IMG/VR virus record: IMGVR_UViG_3300029358_000325
Coordinates: 1-64,000 of that record
Length of the DNA stretch: 64,000 nucleotides
Reading direction: 5' to 3' (one strand)
Source: a virus
Program-made: the position numbers and the translations under genes
Shown here: piece by piece, positions 32,712 to 41,788 of the stretch
How positions within the stretch are numbered: the stretch's first letter is position 1
Layout: each line of letters begins with the position of its first letter
The notes under the pieces: generated by a model
The model's database searches: none
What the model saw: the letters and a program-made list of their open reading frames with translations, nothing else
What the model was told of the DNA's origin: nothing

Positions 32712-34235
32712 TTACTTTCTGGTGCAGATACCAACCTCTTTCCAGACATTCTGGTTCAAATTTACTTCAAACATGATTTTCTTCTTCTCGCCAAAGCGGT
32801 TCTTATCGATATTTCCAACATAATACCGCTTATCTGGATTTAGCCGATGGGCACAGTCACCGCCCCACTCGGGGTCATGAGAGATATATTGATATTTCAC
32901 GAACTTGTCTTTTGGAATCTCCTTGAACAGAACCATCGTCCAAGCAACATGCTTAATCATTTTTGACTCAGCAATGTTGTTTGAATTCAGCTCATCAGGA
33001 AGATACTCATGGGCATTTTCAGCCAACTGAATACTACCGTAGATAAAGATCTTCAGATTTTTTGCAATCTCTTCAAGCTCGGTGGCCGTGACCTTGAATG
33101 CTGCCCATTCACCAATAGATGCAATATCGTTCTTTAAAGTATCATAGAACACATACTTAACTCCCTGAGTGAGAGCTGCCTTCTGGATTTCAAATCGCAG
33201 GGACTTATCACTATAATCGGCAGAAACATCTTTTGCGATAATCAAGCCTTGTGATTCGTTCTCAATCCACTGGCAAACATCAAGCACATTGCGGTACTCT
33301 TCGCTTTCTTCGTAGACACGAGCGGTAAACTCACCAATGCTTTCTATGTATTCTCCATCTTCGTTTTGCTTTCGGAAGATGAAATTTCCGTTTGCATCCC
33401 GGTACATTCCAAGAGTGATCTCTCGCTCATCCTTGTGGAAGCGATGACCATGCAACTCTTGAAATTCAGGATTATTGATGGCGGTGACCAGTAAGCAGTA
33501 CCGGACAGATTCGAGATCCATCTCGTTTAGCAACAGAAGTGCTTTTTGCTTTTGAACTAATGTGACGTATGCAACAATCGCCATCATATATCTAGTCTTA
33601 CCAGCGTTAGATGGCATACCATTGAACATCACAGTGCCCAGCTTCAATCCTCGGAACAAATCATTCATGATGGGGTACTGGAACGGCAAGCCCATATCAG
33701 GAACGCTCAGACGTTCATTGACCATTGGCAGCAGACCATTATTCAAAATCTCAGCATCACTATTTGTCATAATGACGGTATTGATCTTGTCGGCCTTACC
33801 ACGAATCATTTTGTAAATATCATGCGCTGTAAACAATTCAAACTTTTTATGTTTTACAATGCCTTCAATATTAAACCCATTGCGTTGATACTCACGAAGC
33901 AAGGAATATTTTTTTAAAATATCAAAATATCCTTTAATATCATCAATATTAGCGAGACTTATATAGTATTCAATGGTTGACCAGCCCTTTAACCGCTTAT
34001 ATTGAGATAATCTGGACTCATCTTCGGCCATAAATGTCAAAACAGATGTTTTGTTAAAATCCTGCGTGCGAGTCTCATATAGAACTACAGCCGCGTCATA
34101 AAAAAACTTGGTTCCTTCGTCAAAGAAGTCAAATTTACTTATGACATAATGCCCATACTCAACCAAATAGTCAGGATGCTTGTAAATTGCGCCAACAAAT
34201 AGAATTTCGTTCGGGATATTTGAAATGAGTTCCAC
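32712..34235 (-). CDS. dnaB: Replicative DnaB-like DNA helicase. GTG start with a GAGGGAGG SD.
   Basis: RecA-like core with Walker A GMPSNAGKTRYMMAIVAYV and Walker B LLLLNEMD. N-terminal DnaB-like helical domain. Confidence 0.7.
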   Translation of the reverse strand: MELISNIPNEILFVGAIYKHPDYLVEYGHYVISKFDFFDEGTKFFYDAAVVLYETRTQDFNKTSVLTFMAEDESRLSQYKRLKGWSTIEYYISLANIDDIKGYFDILKKYSLLREYQRNGFNIEGIVKHKKFELFTAHDIYKMIRGKADKINTVIMTNSDAEILNNGLLPMVNERLSVPDMGLPFQYPIMNDLFRGLKLGTVMFNGMPSNAGKTRYMMAIVAYVTLVQKQKALLLLNEMDLESVRYCLLVTAINNPEFQELHGHRFHKDEREITLGMYRDANGNFIFRKQNEDGEYIESIGEFTARVYEESEEYRNVLDVCQWIENESQGLIIAKDVSADYSDKSLRFEIQKAALTQGVKYVFYDTLKNDIASIGEWAAFKVTATELEEIAKNLKIFIYGSIQLAENAHEYLPDELNSNNIAESKMIKHVAWTMVLFKEIPKDKFVKYQYISHDPEWGGDCAHRLNPDKRYYVGNIDKNRFGEKKKIMFEVNLNQNVWKEVGICTRK

Positions 34236-34253
34236 TCATCCACCTCCCTCTTT

Positions 34254-34946
34254 TTATATCTCATCGAGAATTGCACTTATATCAATTTCATTCTCGTTTT
34301 TACTCTGTTTCGGTGCTGTTTTCATCCGTTTCAGTACCGTTTCAGTCAGATTTTCCTTCGTTTTGTCTTCGCTTTCACTGCGAATCGAAGCAAGTCTTTC
34401 TTTTCGTTCGAGATAACTAGGATATTGAGCCAATAAAACAGCCAAGTCGTAATTCCATCGCTGACTCATATCACAGCCTTTTGCTTCTTTCTCGGCAATT
34501 ATTTTATCTAGTCGGGGTTTCGCTAGAACCCACATATCGTAAAGTTCTAGCGGAGGAATAGAACCTCTATATTTGTAATAATTACCGGAAATCAACTGTG
34601 TAAGTTTCGAGTAGAAGCTGCCAGGAACAACCGCCGGGGCGTATGTATCTCGAATATGGTCGAAAAGAATCTTTTTTTCTTCCTGTTTGATATGAGCAAG
34701 CTCACGATTTTTGTCTTGCTCTCTCTTTTTGGAAAGAAGATCATCGACCTTTTTGTCCGTAGCATCTTTTACTTTGTCAAAAAATGCCCTCAGCAGGTCA
34801 TCTGTCCAAGGGCGTTTTTGATTTTTCTTTTCCTCTACAAAACAATCCTTATGGCAAAAGCCAGTCTTATCGTAGAAAAAAGTGCTACGGTCTCGCTCGA
34901 TGAAAATATTCTTCCCGCAAATCTTACATTTACGGGTAAGTTCCAT
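34254..34946 (-). CDS. Hypothetical Zn-ribbon protein with a Lys/Glu-rich coiled coil.
   Basis: CKICGKN...CHKDC at the N-terminus. No further similarity. It lies between dnaB and the Sak4-like ATPase. Confidence 0.3.
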   Translation of the reverse strand: MELTRKCKICGKNIFIERDRSTFFYDKTGFCHKDCFVEEKKNQKRPWTDDLLRAFFDKVKDATDKKVDDLLSKKREQDKNRELAHIKQEEKKILFDHIRDTYAPAVVPGSFYSKLTQLISGNYYKYRGSIPPLELYDMWVLAKPRLDKIIAEKEAKGCDMSQRWNYDLAVLLAQYPSYLERKERLASIRSESEDKTKENLTETVLKRMKTAPKQSKNENEIDISAILDEI

Positions 34947-36082
34947 TAAGCCAGTTCCTTCTCCATGATTGCGGCGACCTTCTTCAGTTCCTCGATATCA
35001 GTCATGGAACGGAATCGAGTAGACAAGCCAGCTTCCTCAACTGCATTCTTTGCTGCGTTTTTCTTAATCGGAGATGCATCAGACAACATCTTGCTTAGAT
35101 TGGCCTTTAGCTCATCAAGCGAAAGTTCTTTCTTTACATCAGAAGATTCTTCAACTTCATTCTCATCAAGGCCAAGATCACGCATATTCAGCTTGATTTC
35201 AGTCTTGACTGCATCGCTCAGTCCGTTTTTAATAACGAAATCCTTATTCTTTGCACTATTAGAGATAAGGCTTTGGTATTCCAACAAGGTAAGATCTTCA
35301 ACAATTTCTTCGTCTCGATGCACATCAGATCTGTCTTTAACGAAATAAGCAAGATGTGCACCGTTCTGTTTGTACAGACGAATTTCAGTATCAACATTAT
35401 GACCCTGACCTTTAAATCCATCAGGAATCTTTCGACCAGTCGATACGCTGACAGAAGAACCATTCACAATCTTGTTTTCAGTCTCGTCCTTTTCACGACA
35501 GACAACAACATAATGAACACCAGTTGCATTCAGATCCAGAATCAAAGACTGCCCCTTGAAATTCAACTGCTGGTAATCCTTCAACTCCATACCAGCGCCC
35601 TCAATCTTGACTGCCTTTTCATCGCCAGTCAAACCTTGTGCGTTTGCTTTTACTTTTGCACGCTTTTTCGAGAATTCCGAAAGCCCCTGCTTACAAGTAA
35701 GGGTCAAAATATACGTCGAATCAACAACAATCGCATCAGCACGGAATGGATTACCATCCGCATCGAGAATCACACTTCCATCCGAATACTCAAAGTCTTC
35801 ATCGTCAGCAACAGTCTTAATGAAATCCTGTACCTCTGCGAGAGACTGCGTATATACAACAAGCAGGTTTTCAGGATTAACACCGTTTGCCTCAAGTTCC
35901 TCTGTGTAATTGTCAACAGAGCCATTCTCTGTATCAATATATAAAACACGAAATGGACGACCATCGGCATTCTTCAAATAACACATCTGCATAGCCAAAC
36001 GAGATTTCCCAGTACCCTGTTCGCCATAGACAAGAATCTTAATTTTCTTGCGAATGGCATTTGCCTTACGAATCATAGCCAT
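34946..36082 (-). CDS. RecA-like / AAA_24-type ATPase (Sak4-like recombination/replication ATPase).
   Basis: Walker A VYGEQGTGKSRLAMQM and Walker B IVVDSTY. It is adjacent to the SSB-like gene, the usual Sak4-SSB layout. Confidence 0.45.
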   Translation of the reverse strand: MAMIRKANAIRKKIKILVYGEQGTGKSRLAMQMCYLKNADGRPFRVLYIDTENGSVDNYTEELEANGVNPENLLVVYTQSLAEVQDFIKTVADDEDFEYSDGSVILDADGNPFRADAIVVDSTYILTLTCKQGLSEFSKKRAKVKANAQGLTGDEKAVKIEGAGMELKDYQQLNFKGQSLILDLNATGVHYVVVCREKDETENKIVNGSSVSVSTGRKIPDGFKGQGHNVDTEIRLYKQNGAHLAYFVKDRSDVHRDEEIVEDLTLLEYQSLISNSAKNKDFVIKNGLSDAVKTEIKLNMRDLGLDENEVEESSDVKKELSLDELKANLSKMLSDASPIKKNAAKNAVEEAGLSTRFRSMTDIEELKKVAAIMEKELA

Positions 36083-36169
36083 ATATGTAAATTCCTCCGT
36101 TTTTATTAAAATTATTTATCGTACCTACGATATTTATTTTGACGTAAATACGATAAAACTTTTCTTTTA

Positions 36170-36463
36170 TTAAACTTTCAAGCACTCATACCACGGATCA
36201 CCCGTTTCAACAGCATGAGCAACATAATCCAACTGACGAGTGATATTATCTACACTGTCAACTAGAAGATCCTTGCACCCCACCGGAACAGCACCATCAT
36301 TGCATTCCGCGTCAGCTTTAGCTTCTGCGATAATTTCAGGATGCGTAGTGAACACAATAGACATCATGGGAGAATCTTCTTCTGGCTCTTTTTCAAGTGC
36401 ATCGATATAAACAATGTAAAATTTCATGCCATTATATGCGGTATATTCAAGAGTATTTTGCAT
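36170..36463 (-). CDS. Hypothetical acidic protein.
   Basis: 97 aa. Preceded by the conserved 21-bp motif (36479-36499) and an AAGGAG SD. Confidence 0.3.
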   Translation of the reverse strand: MQNTLEYTAYNGMKFYIVYIDALEKEPEEDSPMMSIVFTTHPEIIAEAKADAECNDGAVPVGCKDLLVDSVDNITRQLDYVAHAVETGDPWYECLKV

Positions 36464-36478
36464 AACAAAACTCCTTAT

Positions 36479-36499
36479 GTATCCTGTTTAATATAGCTA
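36479..36499 (-). promoter_or_regulatory. Conserved 21-bp motif, copy 4. It lies 16 nt upstream of the ATG of the 36170-36463 gene, with AAGGAG between.
   Basis: The coding strand reads TAGCTATATTAAACAGGATAC. Confidence 0.45.
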
Positions 36500-36513
36500 A
36501 TGGTTAAAAAATT

Positions 36514-37614
36514 TTAGCCCCAGTTGATATCTTCCTCATCAGCAGAAGTCACAGTGGACTTGTTAGAACCACCCCACCAAGAAGTATCGTTCTCAGCTGC
36601 CTTGCCATCGAAGTCCTTCTTAGCCTGAGCGTTGGCAGCAATCTTTGCCCGTGCCTCGGAGATATTGTCCTCAGTATAGGTAGACTCTGCATCCTTATCG
36701 CCGGGATTCGGATCAAAGGAATCAGGATTAACACCCTCGATATACAGCTTACGAACTGCCGGAGTGCTCTGACGCTTCATCTTGTTAGGACCACCCCAGA
36801 TATTCTCAGTCTCAACTTCCTCAACCTTCTGCTGATTAACGATGGGACCAAAACACTCGAAACTAGTATAAGACTTCAGACGCTTACGAATAGAATCAGC
36901 CAGAACCTTATTCTGAGTGTTTGCCTTATAGTCAATGAAGAACTCTGCATCCTCGATGGTGTTGTAGTTCACGATCTTTGCATCGACAACTACCTCATCG
37001 CACTCATCGCTCTTGCGGCAACCAGTGTAAACAATGGTCTGAGTAAACAGAGCCAGCTCCTCGAAACCCTCTGCATCGAAGTCAATTTCCTTAGAGCTCA
37101 GAGAAACCTGAGTAGGAACAAAGCGAATCTGGTGCTTGCCGTTGTAAGTGCTGTACTCGATGTTGCCACGGACATACACGTTGTCACCGTCATGCAGGTT
37201 CTCGGAAATCTCCTTAGCTGCATCGAAGTCGGTCAGAGTCTTGTTGTCGTTGACGACCTTACCAGACTCATTCGTCTTCTTGGTAACACCAACCTTAACG
37301 CCAATCATGTCGTAGCCTTCCGGTGCAACATAAGTCAGACGATCCTTCCAAGCGACTTCCTTCTTATCCTTCTCGATGCCCTTGTCCTTATCGGCACGGC
37401 GGAAGAAGTAAACCTTATCACGAGGCATACCAGCCAGATCAACATAGAAAGTGTTTTCATTGGAAGTCTGAATACCAAAGCTCAGGACACGGCGCATAAC
37501 ACCACTCTTAGTCTCCTTCTCGTTATAGAAGTTGCTACGCTGGGTGCCGGTGACCTTACCAGCCATTTCAAAAGAACCACGGGTCTGAGGAAGGTTAAAA
37601 ATTCTATCTGCCAT
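36514..37614 (-). CDS. Putative single-stranded DNA-binding protein.
   Basis: 366 aa. Central OB-fold-like segment (DNVYVRGNIEYSTYNGKHQIRFVP). Acidic C-terminal tail SADEEDINWG. Position in the replication module. AAGGAG SD. Confidence 0.3.
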   Translation of the reverse strand: MADRIFNLPQTRGSFEMAGKVTGTQRSNFYNEKETKSGVMRRVLSFGIQTSNENTFYVDLAGMPRDKVYFFRRADKDKGIEKDKKEVAWKDRLTYVAPEGYDMIGVKVGVTKKTNESGKVVNDNKTLTDFDAAKEISENLHDGDNVYVRGNIEYSTYNGKHQIRFVPTQVSLSSKEIDFDAEGFEELALFTQTIVYTGCRKSDECDEVVVDAKIVNYNTIEDAEFFIDYKANTQNKVLADSIRKRLKSYTSFECFGPIVNQQKVEEVETENIWGGPNKMKRQSTPAVRKLYIEGVNPDSFDPNPGDKDAESTYTEDNISEARAKIAANAQAKKDFDGKAAENDTSWWGGSNKSTVTSADEEDINWG

Positions 37615-37759
37615 ATCAAGTCTCCTTTATGTAATTTTGTTTCATTGATAATCACTTATGTTTCTTTTTATTGTCTCGAATCAATTCATGCACTATTCAT
37701 TTTATGTATTATCCTCCGTCTGGCTTATTGATGGCTTATATTTCATACGGCACTCACCG

Positions 37760-39186
37760 TTAGAAATTGTCCTTTAATGGATTATGTACAAACATTGCGC
37801 CGAGCACTATTGGGAGCCGTTCTGAACACTCAGGACACAAATCAAAACTCAAAAGCGAGCCATCAAGTTGGCTACCATAAGAGTATTGATGCTCAAAACT
37901 GATTCCCTGCTCGCTACCTATCGGCTTGATTTCACGACCACACCAGTTACATATTTTCTTACATGTGTTCATACGGCATCACCCCATTTTTAATATTCTC
38001 TATCACGGAACATCTTAGATTGAGCACGAGTCAATCTGTTGTTCCGACCATACTTAGGTCTGAATGCGGACTGTAGCTTGTTGTTTGCATATTCGAGGTC
38101 ACTCTCCAGAATCTTCGCAGCTTCTTCAATGTAATCTCGAATGGCACAATACTGGTCGCTATTGATACAATGCGTCTTTAGATAATCAAGCATATCGACT
38201 GCCTGATTTTTCAAAAGAAGTGCATCCTCAAGCTGGGTTTTACGTCGTTGGAAGAAATCTATATTCAACCCTGCACCTCCCCATTCTGCAGTCTTTCAAG
38301 CGTGGGACGAATCGTTCTCTCCCAATGCCTTACAAATCGCCAATCAAGTAATTGTCCGCAACGTGGACAGAAGTTATCAAGATTTGATAGTGTGTAATAA
38401 CAAACCGGGCACTCATAATGTTTATAAACGTCATCGAGAAGAGGCTCTTTGTAATCTGTTCTAAACTCATAAAGTTCAGCTTTTGAAAGAATGATTTCGA
38501 GAGCCTTTACTAAATGCTCACGAGGGCACCACTGGTCTCCTTCTTTACCAAGACGAATTTGTTTCTCTACAATTTCCTTCGCTTGGTCAAAAGTCATGTT
38601 CTCAATCTCTTTTTTCTTTGCGTGCATCCAATCTTTCATAACACACCACTTTCAGCAAATGCATAATTGTGCTTTGCGTTCTTATCCATCCACACACTCC
38701 AATCCATCTTGTGATGACACTCTGGACATTTCGGTTCAAGCTTCTCTAGCTTCGTTACACAGAACGGACAGAGATATGTGCTCTTTTCCTTCTGGAAGAT
38801 AGGACTTGCCGGAAGACTCAAGGAACCGGAATCAATGGTTGCATTGATAGGAATTTTGCTGTTCATCGTACCACCTCTTGTTTGAATTAGCCTTTTATGA
38901 GATTTTCTTATTACGGAATATGAGTTGCTTTGTCAACGGGCTTTTCCATTTCCTTCATAATCCGCTTGTGTTCTTCGATTGTCATGTTGTTCGGGAAGAA
39001 ACACCTGTCAACCATTTCAAACGGCTTAATATAATGGTCAAGAACATCTCGTGCTTCTTTTCGTGCCTTTTCAGCACACATCTCGATATATTCTTCTTCG
39101 GTCATGTTGTAATCGGTGACACAATCGACCACCGAAGAAAACCGACACAGCAAACCGTTAGGCTGTCTTGCAATAAAAGCTCCCAT
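37760..39186 (-). other. Five small ORFs (70-124 aa). At least three are Zn-ribbon proteins.
   Basis: CNWCG...CPEC (37760-37972), CPVC...CPRCG (38265-38639), CPFC...CPEC (38636-38866). Confidence 0.3.
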
Positions 39187-39188
39187 TT

Positions 39189-40658
39189 TTATCCTCTTTG
39201 CTTTTCTGGAAAATGCTTCTTAGTTACTGCAACGCAAAAGCTATCAATTTCTGACCCCCAAATGGCAGTACCTTCACCATATGTGCTTTGAAATACTAAC
39301 GGAAAGCCGCCGATCCCATCGAAGAGGCTACCAAGAGTAGGATTCTCACCGATATACGGTTTCATCTTCTGAAAAATCCAATACCATTGCGGTAATGCGA
39401 TTGAATTGCCGAGTGCCTTATAACGAACTGCGTCAGAAGTTTTATGCTTCTTTTCGTTCTCATCAATCCAGTCACCGATATCAGTCCATCCGTCAGGGAA
39501 ACCCTGTAACCGTTCATCCTCCAAAGGAGTCAAGCGGCGAACAATCCATCGTAGATTCTTCGTTTCCTTCTCTGCAATCAGGTCAGTAGCGTCCTTATAA
39601 TCACGAGATTTCATCGTGCTGGCGTGTTCACTTTCCTTGTACTCACCAATGCGTTGCATTGCAAAGGCTTTCTTTTCAACGACCAGCGGCATATTATTAC
39701 CGCCCGTTCCCCACTGAGCAGTACAAGTCGGACTTGTATCACCCTGCTGAGTGTATCGAGCGTCCTGACTGTGACTCTCAAATACCACCGGCGAAATCTT
39801 TTGTTTTAAATTATGTAAGGATGGATTTTCTGCCAAGCAAATTAGTGTCTGGTCTTGCAACGTAGAAATCGTTGCGCTCAATTCAGTTTGAACTAGAGCG
39901 CCTTTACCGCCACCTTCACATCCAGAGCGGATTTTTAGAGTGTAGGCTGCAGGTTCTGCGAATCGAGCCGAAGTCTCTCGATGGTCTGACTCCAATACTC
40001 GTCCAATTCCTTCTCTTCCAGACCTTCTTGTTCCTTCACTTTCTGCACCACCTGTGACAGAGTTCCTGGATTCCACCATTCGATCATATCCAGCAACGCT
40101 TGCTTCAGGAGTTCGGGCAAAGGTTTTCCACGCCGGGATGCTCTCACAAGAATCCCCTGACATGCTCGTGCGCTCAAATAGAATTTCTGAGGCACGTTGT
40201 CCTCCAAAATCCATGACAAGCGCGATTCTCTGGCGGCGCTGGGCGACTCCCCAGTATTTAGCGTCGAACAATCTCCATGCAAGAGACCATCCATTACCGG
40301 AAATCGCTCCAGATTTTGCCCACTTTCCGTTCTTTCCTGAAGGTCGAGGAATTGAAACATCTGGCTCGACAATGCGTGCAAATCTTTCCAACACACATCT
40401 GAAGTCTTCACCTTTGCTTGAGCTGAAAGCACCTCTGACATTTTCCCAGATTGCGAATTTTGGATATTCTCCATTAGTGGCCTCCCTCATTTCTGTAATC
40501 ACACGAATCATTTCAAGGAACAATCCAGAGCGTTCACCAGCCAAACCTTCACGTTTACCGGCCTGACTCAAATCTTGGCATGGACTGCCTCCTGTGATAC
40601 AGGAAACCGGTTCAATCTGCCCTCCATGAAGTTGTGTGATATCTCCGTAATGCTTCAG
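39189..40658 (-). CDS. dcm: DNA (cytosine-5)-methyltransferase with circularly permuted motif order. Motifs III through X come first, then I and II. The start is non-canonical, either a CTG or a frameshift.
   Basis: In protein order: GDITQ (motif III), GGSPCQDLSQAGKREG (motif IV), ENVRG (motif VI), QRRQRI (motif VIII), GNSIALP (motif X), then MKPYIGENPTLGSLFDGIGGF (motif I) and GSEIDSFCVAVTKKHF (motif II) at the C-terminus. The frame is open from a stop at 40662-40664. The first in-frame start is a CTG at 40656-40658, 7 nt after an AGGAGG SD. An out-of-frame ATG lies at 40665. Confidence 0.55.
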   Translation of the reverse strand: MKHYGDITQLHGGQIEPVSCITGGSPCQDLSQAGKREGLAGERSGLFLEMIRVITEMREATNGEYPKFAIWENVRGAFSSSKGEDFRCVLERFARIVEPDVSIPRPSGKNGKWAKSGAISGNGWSLAWRLFDAKYWGVAQRRQRIALVMDFGGQRASEILFERTSMSGDSCESIPAWKTFARTPEASVAGYDRMVESRNSVTGGAESEGTRRSGREGIGRVLESDHRETSARFAEPAAYTLKIRSGCEGGGKGALVQTELSATISTLQDQTLICLAENPSLHNLKQKISPVVFESHSQDARYTQQGDTSPTCTAQWGTGGNNMPLVVEKKAFAMQRIGEYKESEHASTMKSRDYKDATDLIAEKETKNLRWIVRRLTPLEDERLQGFPDGWTDIGDWIDENEKKHKTSDAVRYKALGNSIALPQWYWIFQKMKPYIGENPTLGSLFDGIGGFPLVFQSTYGEGTAIWGSEIDSFCVAVTKKHFPEKQRG

Positions 40659-40676
40659 TTTTCATTCCTCCTTTTA

Positions 40677-40697
40677 GTATCCTGTGTTATATAGCTA
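40677..40697 (-). promoter_or_regulatory. Conserved 21-bp motif, copy 5. It lies directly upstream of the SD and start region of the permuted MTase.
   Basis: The coding strand reads TAGCTATATAACACAGGATAC, followed by TAAAAGGAGG. Confidence 0.45.
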
Positions 40698-40800
40698 AAC
40701 CCCTAAAAATGAGCGAAAAATAATAGACGTATTAACGTCATATTATTCATTCACTTATAAAACAAAAGTTCTAGCAGATTTTATGTATGCCCTATCGGGC

Positions 40801-40876
40801 TGGTGGAATAGTCGAGATTTGAACTCGTGTCTGACAATTATAAGTTGTCGGCTCTAACCAGCTGAGCTACTATTCC
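40801..40876 (-). tRNA. tRNA-Ile, anticodon UAU.
   Basis: On the reverse complement, the acceptor stem is GGAATAG/CTATTCC, the D stem GCTC/GAGC, and the anticodon stem GACAA/TTGTC with loop CTTATAA. T loop TTCAAAT, discriminator A, CCA encoded. Confidence 0.65.
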
Positions 40877-40902
40877 ATATAAACGCCAACTTTCGTCGGC
40901 GC

Positions 40903-40975
40903 GATGCCAGTGGAGGGATCGAACCTCATCTCTCGGTGTTTCCGAGCGCTTTTACCATTAAGCTATCCAGCCGTA
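40903..40975 (-). pseudogene. Degenerate tRNA-like element. D and T arms are intact; the anticodon loop and acceptor pairing are aberrant.
   Basis: The reverse complement has D stem GCTT/AAGC with loop AATGGTAA and a T arm GAGGTTCGATCCCTC. The anticodon stem CTCGG/CCGAG encloses only 5 nt (AAACA). No 7-bp acceptor pairing can be drawn and no CCA is encoded. Confidence 0.35.
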
Positions 40976-41103
40976 TACCTCAGAATTTAATTCCTACTAT
41001 CAAAGCTACGTCGCGTTCCAATATGATCACTCTTGGCAACCATGTCGTAACATATAGGTTCCTTTCGGCTCTGAGCAACCGGTGCAGCGTCAGGGGCTGC
41101 GTG

Positions 41104-41179
41104 TGGAGCGACTGACGGGGGACGATCTCGCAACATTCAGATTGGAAATCTGACGCTCTACCAATTGAACTACAGTCGC
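41104..41179 (-). tRNA. tRNA-Gly, anticodon UCC.
   Basis: Acceptor GCGACTG/CAGTCGC, D arm TAGTTCAATTGGTAGAGC, and a perfect anticodon stem TCAGA/TCTGA with loop TTTCCAA. Discriminator U, CCA encoded. The T loop is non-canonical (ATCGTCC). Confidence 0.6.
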
Positions 41180-41360
41180 ATAAGAACCAACCTAGCAACT
41201 GGCATCACTAGGCTGGGATACTCGGCTTACAAAGGCACGCTGCACTCTTTCGGGCGAGCCGAGAATAACGCACATGAAAAATTTCGTTAGCCCATTTCGG
41301 GGTGGTATCTCGCACAGGCGCAGCCGGATTTGACCGCTAAAAATCCTACCCATACGAGAT

Positions 41361-41436
41361 TGGAGCAACCAACGGGACTCGAACCCGCCCTCTCTGCTTG
41401 GAAGGCAGATGTGCTAACCACTAACACCATAGCTGC
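41361..41436 (-). tRNA. tRNA-Gly, anticodon UCC (second, divergent copy).
   Basis: Acceptor GCAGCTA/TGGTTGC with G-U pairs. Anticodon stem TCTGC/GCAGA with loop CTTCCAA. T arm GCGGGTTCGAGTCCCGT. Discriminator U, CCA encoded. Confidence 0.55.
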
Positions 41437-41543
41437 ACAATCACCCAGCTTACAAAGCACTACTGCACCATCACTGGCGAGCCGGGAATAATAGTGGCAG
41501 TCAAAGGAGATCAACAAAACGGTACGCAACCATTCTATGACCG

Positions 41544-41625
41544 TGGTGCGGATAGTGGGCATCGAACCCACACGCCGAAGCACCAGATCCTAAATCTGGC
41601 GTGTCTGCCACTCCACCATATCCGC
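41544..41625 (-). tRNA. tRNA-Leu, anticodon UAG (type II).
   Basis: Acceptor GCGGATA/TATCCGC. Anticodon stem CCAGA/TCTGG with loop TTTAGGA. Long variable arm with a GC-TTCG-GC hairpin. T arm GTGGGTTCGATGCCCAC. Discriminator A, CCA encoded. Confidence 0.7.
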
Positions 41626-41630
41626 ATAAA

Positions 41631-41701
41631 TTGCGCCAACAGGGGTCGAACCTGTGATGGAGGAGTCAAAGTCCTCTGCCTTACCGCTTGGCGATGGCGC
41701 A
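41631..41701 (-). tRNA. tRNA-Gln, anticodon UUG.
   Basis: U1-A72 acceptor TGCGCCA/TGGCGCA. D arm TCGCCAAGCGGTAAGGCA, as in bacterial tRNA-Gln. Anticodon stem GAGGA/TCCTC with loop CTTTGAC. T arm ACAGGTTCGACCCCTGT. No CCA encoded. Confidence 0.7.
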
Positions 41702-41788
41702 TCATATACCCAGCTTACTACGTCACACTGCTCCGTTTCCAGAGAGCTGGGAATAATGTGAATGAAAATTCTACATACCCTTTCGGAC

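Noticed and set aside
36514-37614. Calling the 366-aa protein a canonical bacterial SSB.
   Set aside because: The C-terminal tail (…EEDINWG) is acidic but not the DDDIPF type, and OB-fold motifs are only suggestive. It is kept as a low-confidence ssDNA-binding candidate.
39935-40474. Alternative 179-aa minus-strand ORF inside the MTase gene, in another frame.
   Set aside because: It lacks motifs, and the MTase frame carries the full conserved motif set across the same DNA.
40612-40665. The 18-codon ATG ORF (MKTEALRRYHTTSWRAD) immediately after the SD, as an independent leader peptide gene.
   Set aside because: Its ATG is only 1 nt from the GGAGG core. It overlaps the open MTase frame that encodes motifs III-IV. 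It is more likely a frame artefact at the MTase 5' end (CTG start, frameshift or sequencing error) than a separate gene.
41285-41345. The GGTCAAATCC-like segment (CGGATTTGACCG) resembles a T-loop.
   Set aside because: It is on the wrong side for a minus-strand tRNA, and no cloverleaf can be completed. It was treated as spacer.
41361-41436. Reading this tRNA's anticodon loop as TTCCAAG, which would make it tRNA-Trp (CCA).
   Set aside because: That register needs an unpaired anticodon stem (CTGCC versus CAGAG). The one-nucleotide-shifted register gives a perfect 5-bp stem TCTGC/GCAGA with loop CTTCCAA and anticodon UCC. Discriminator U73 also fits Gly.
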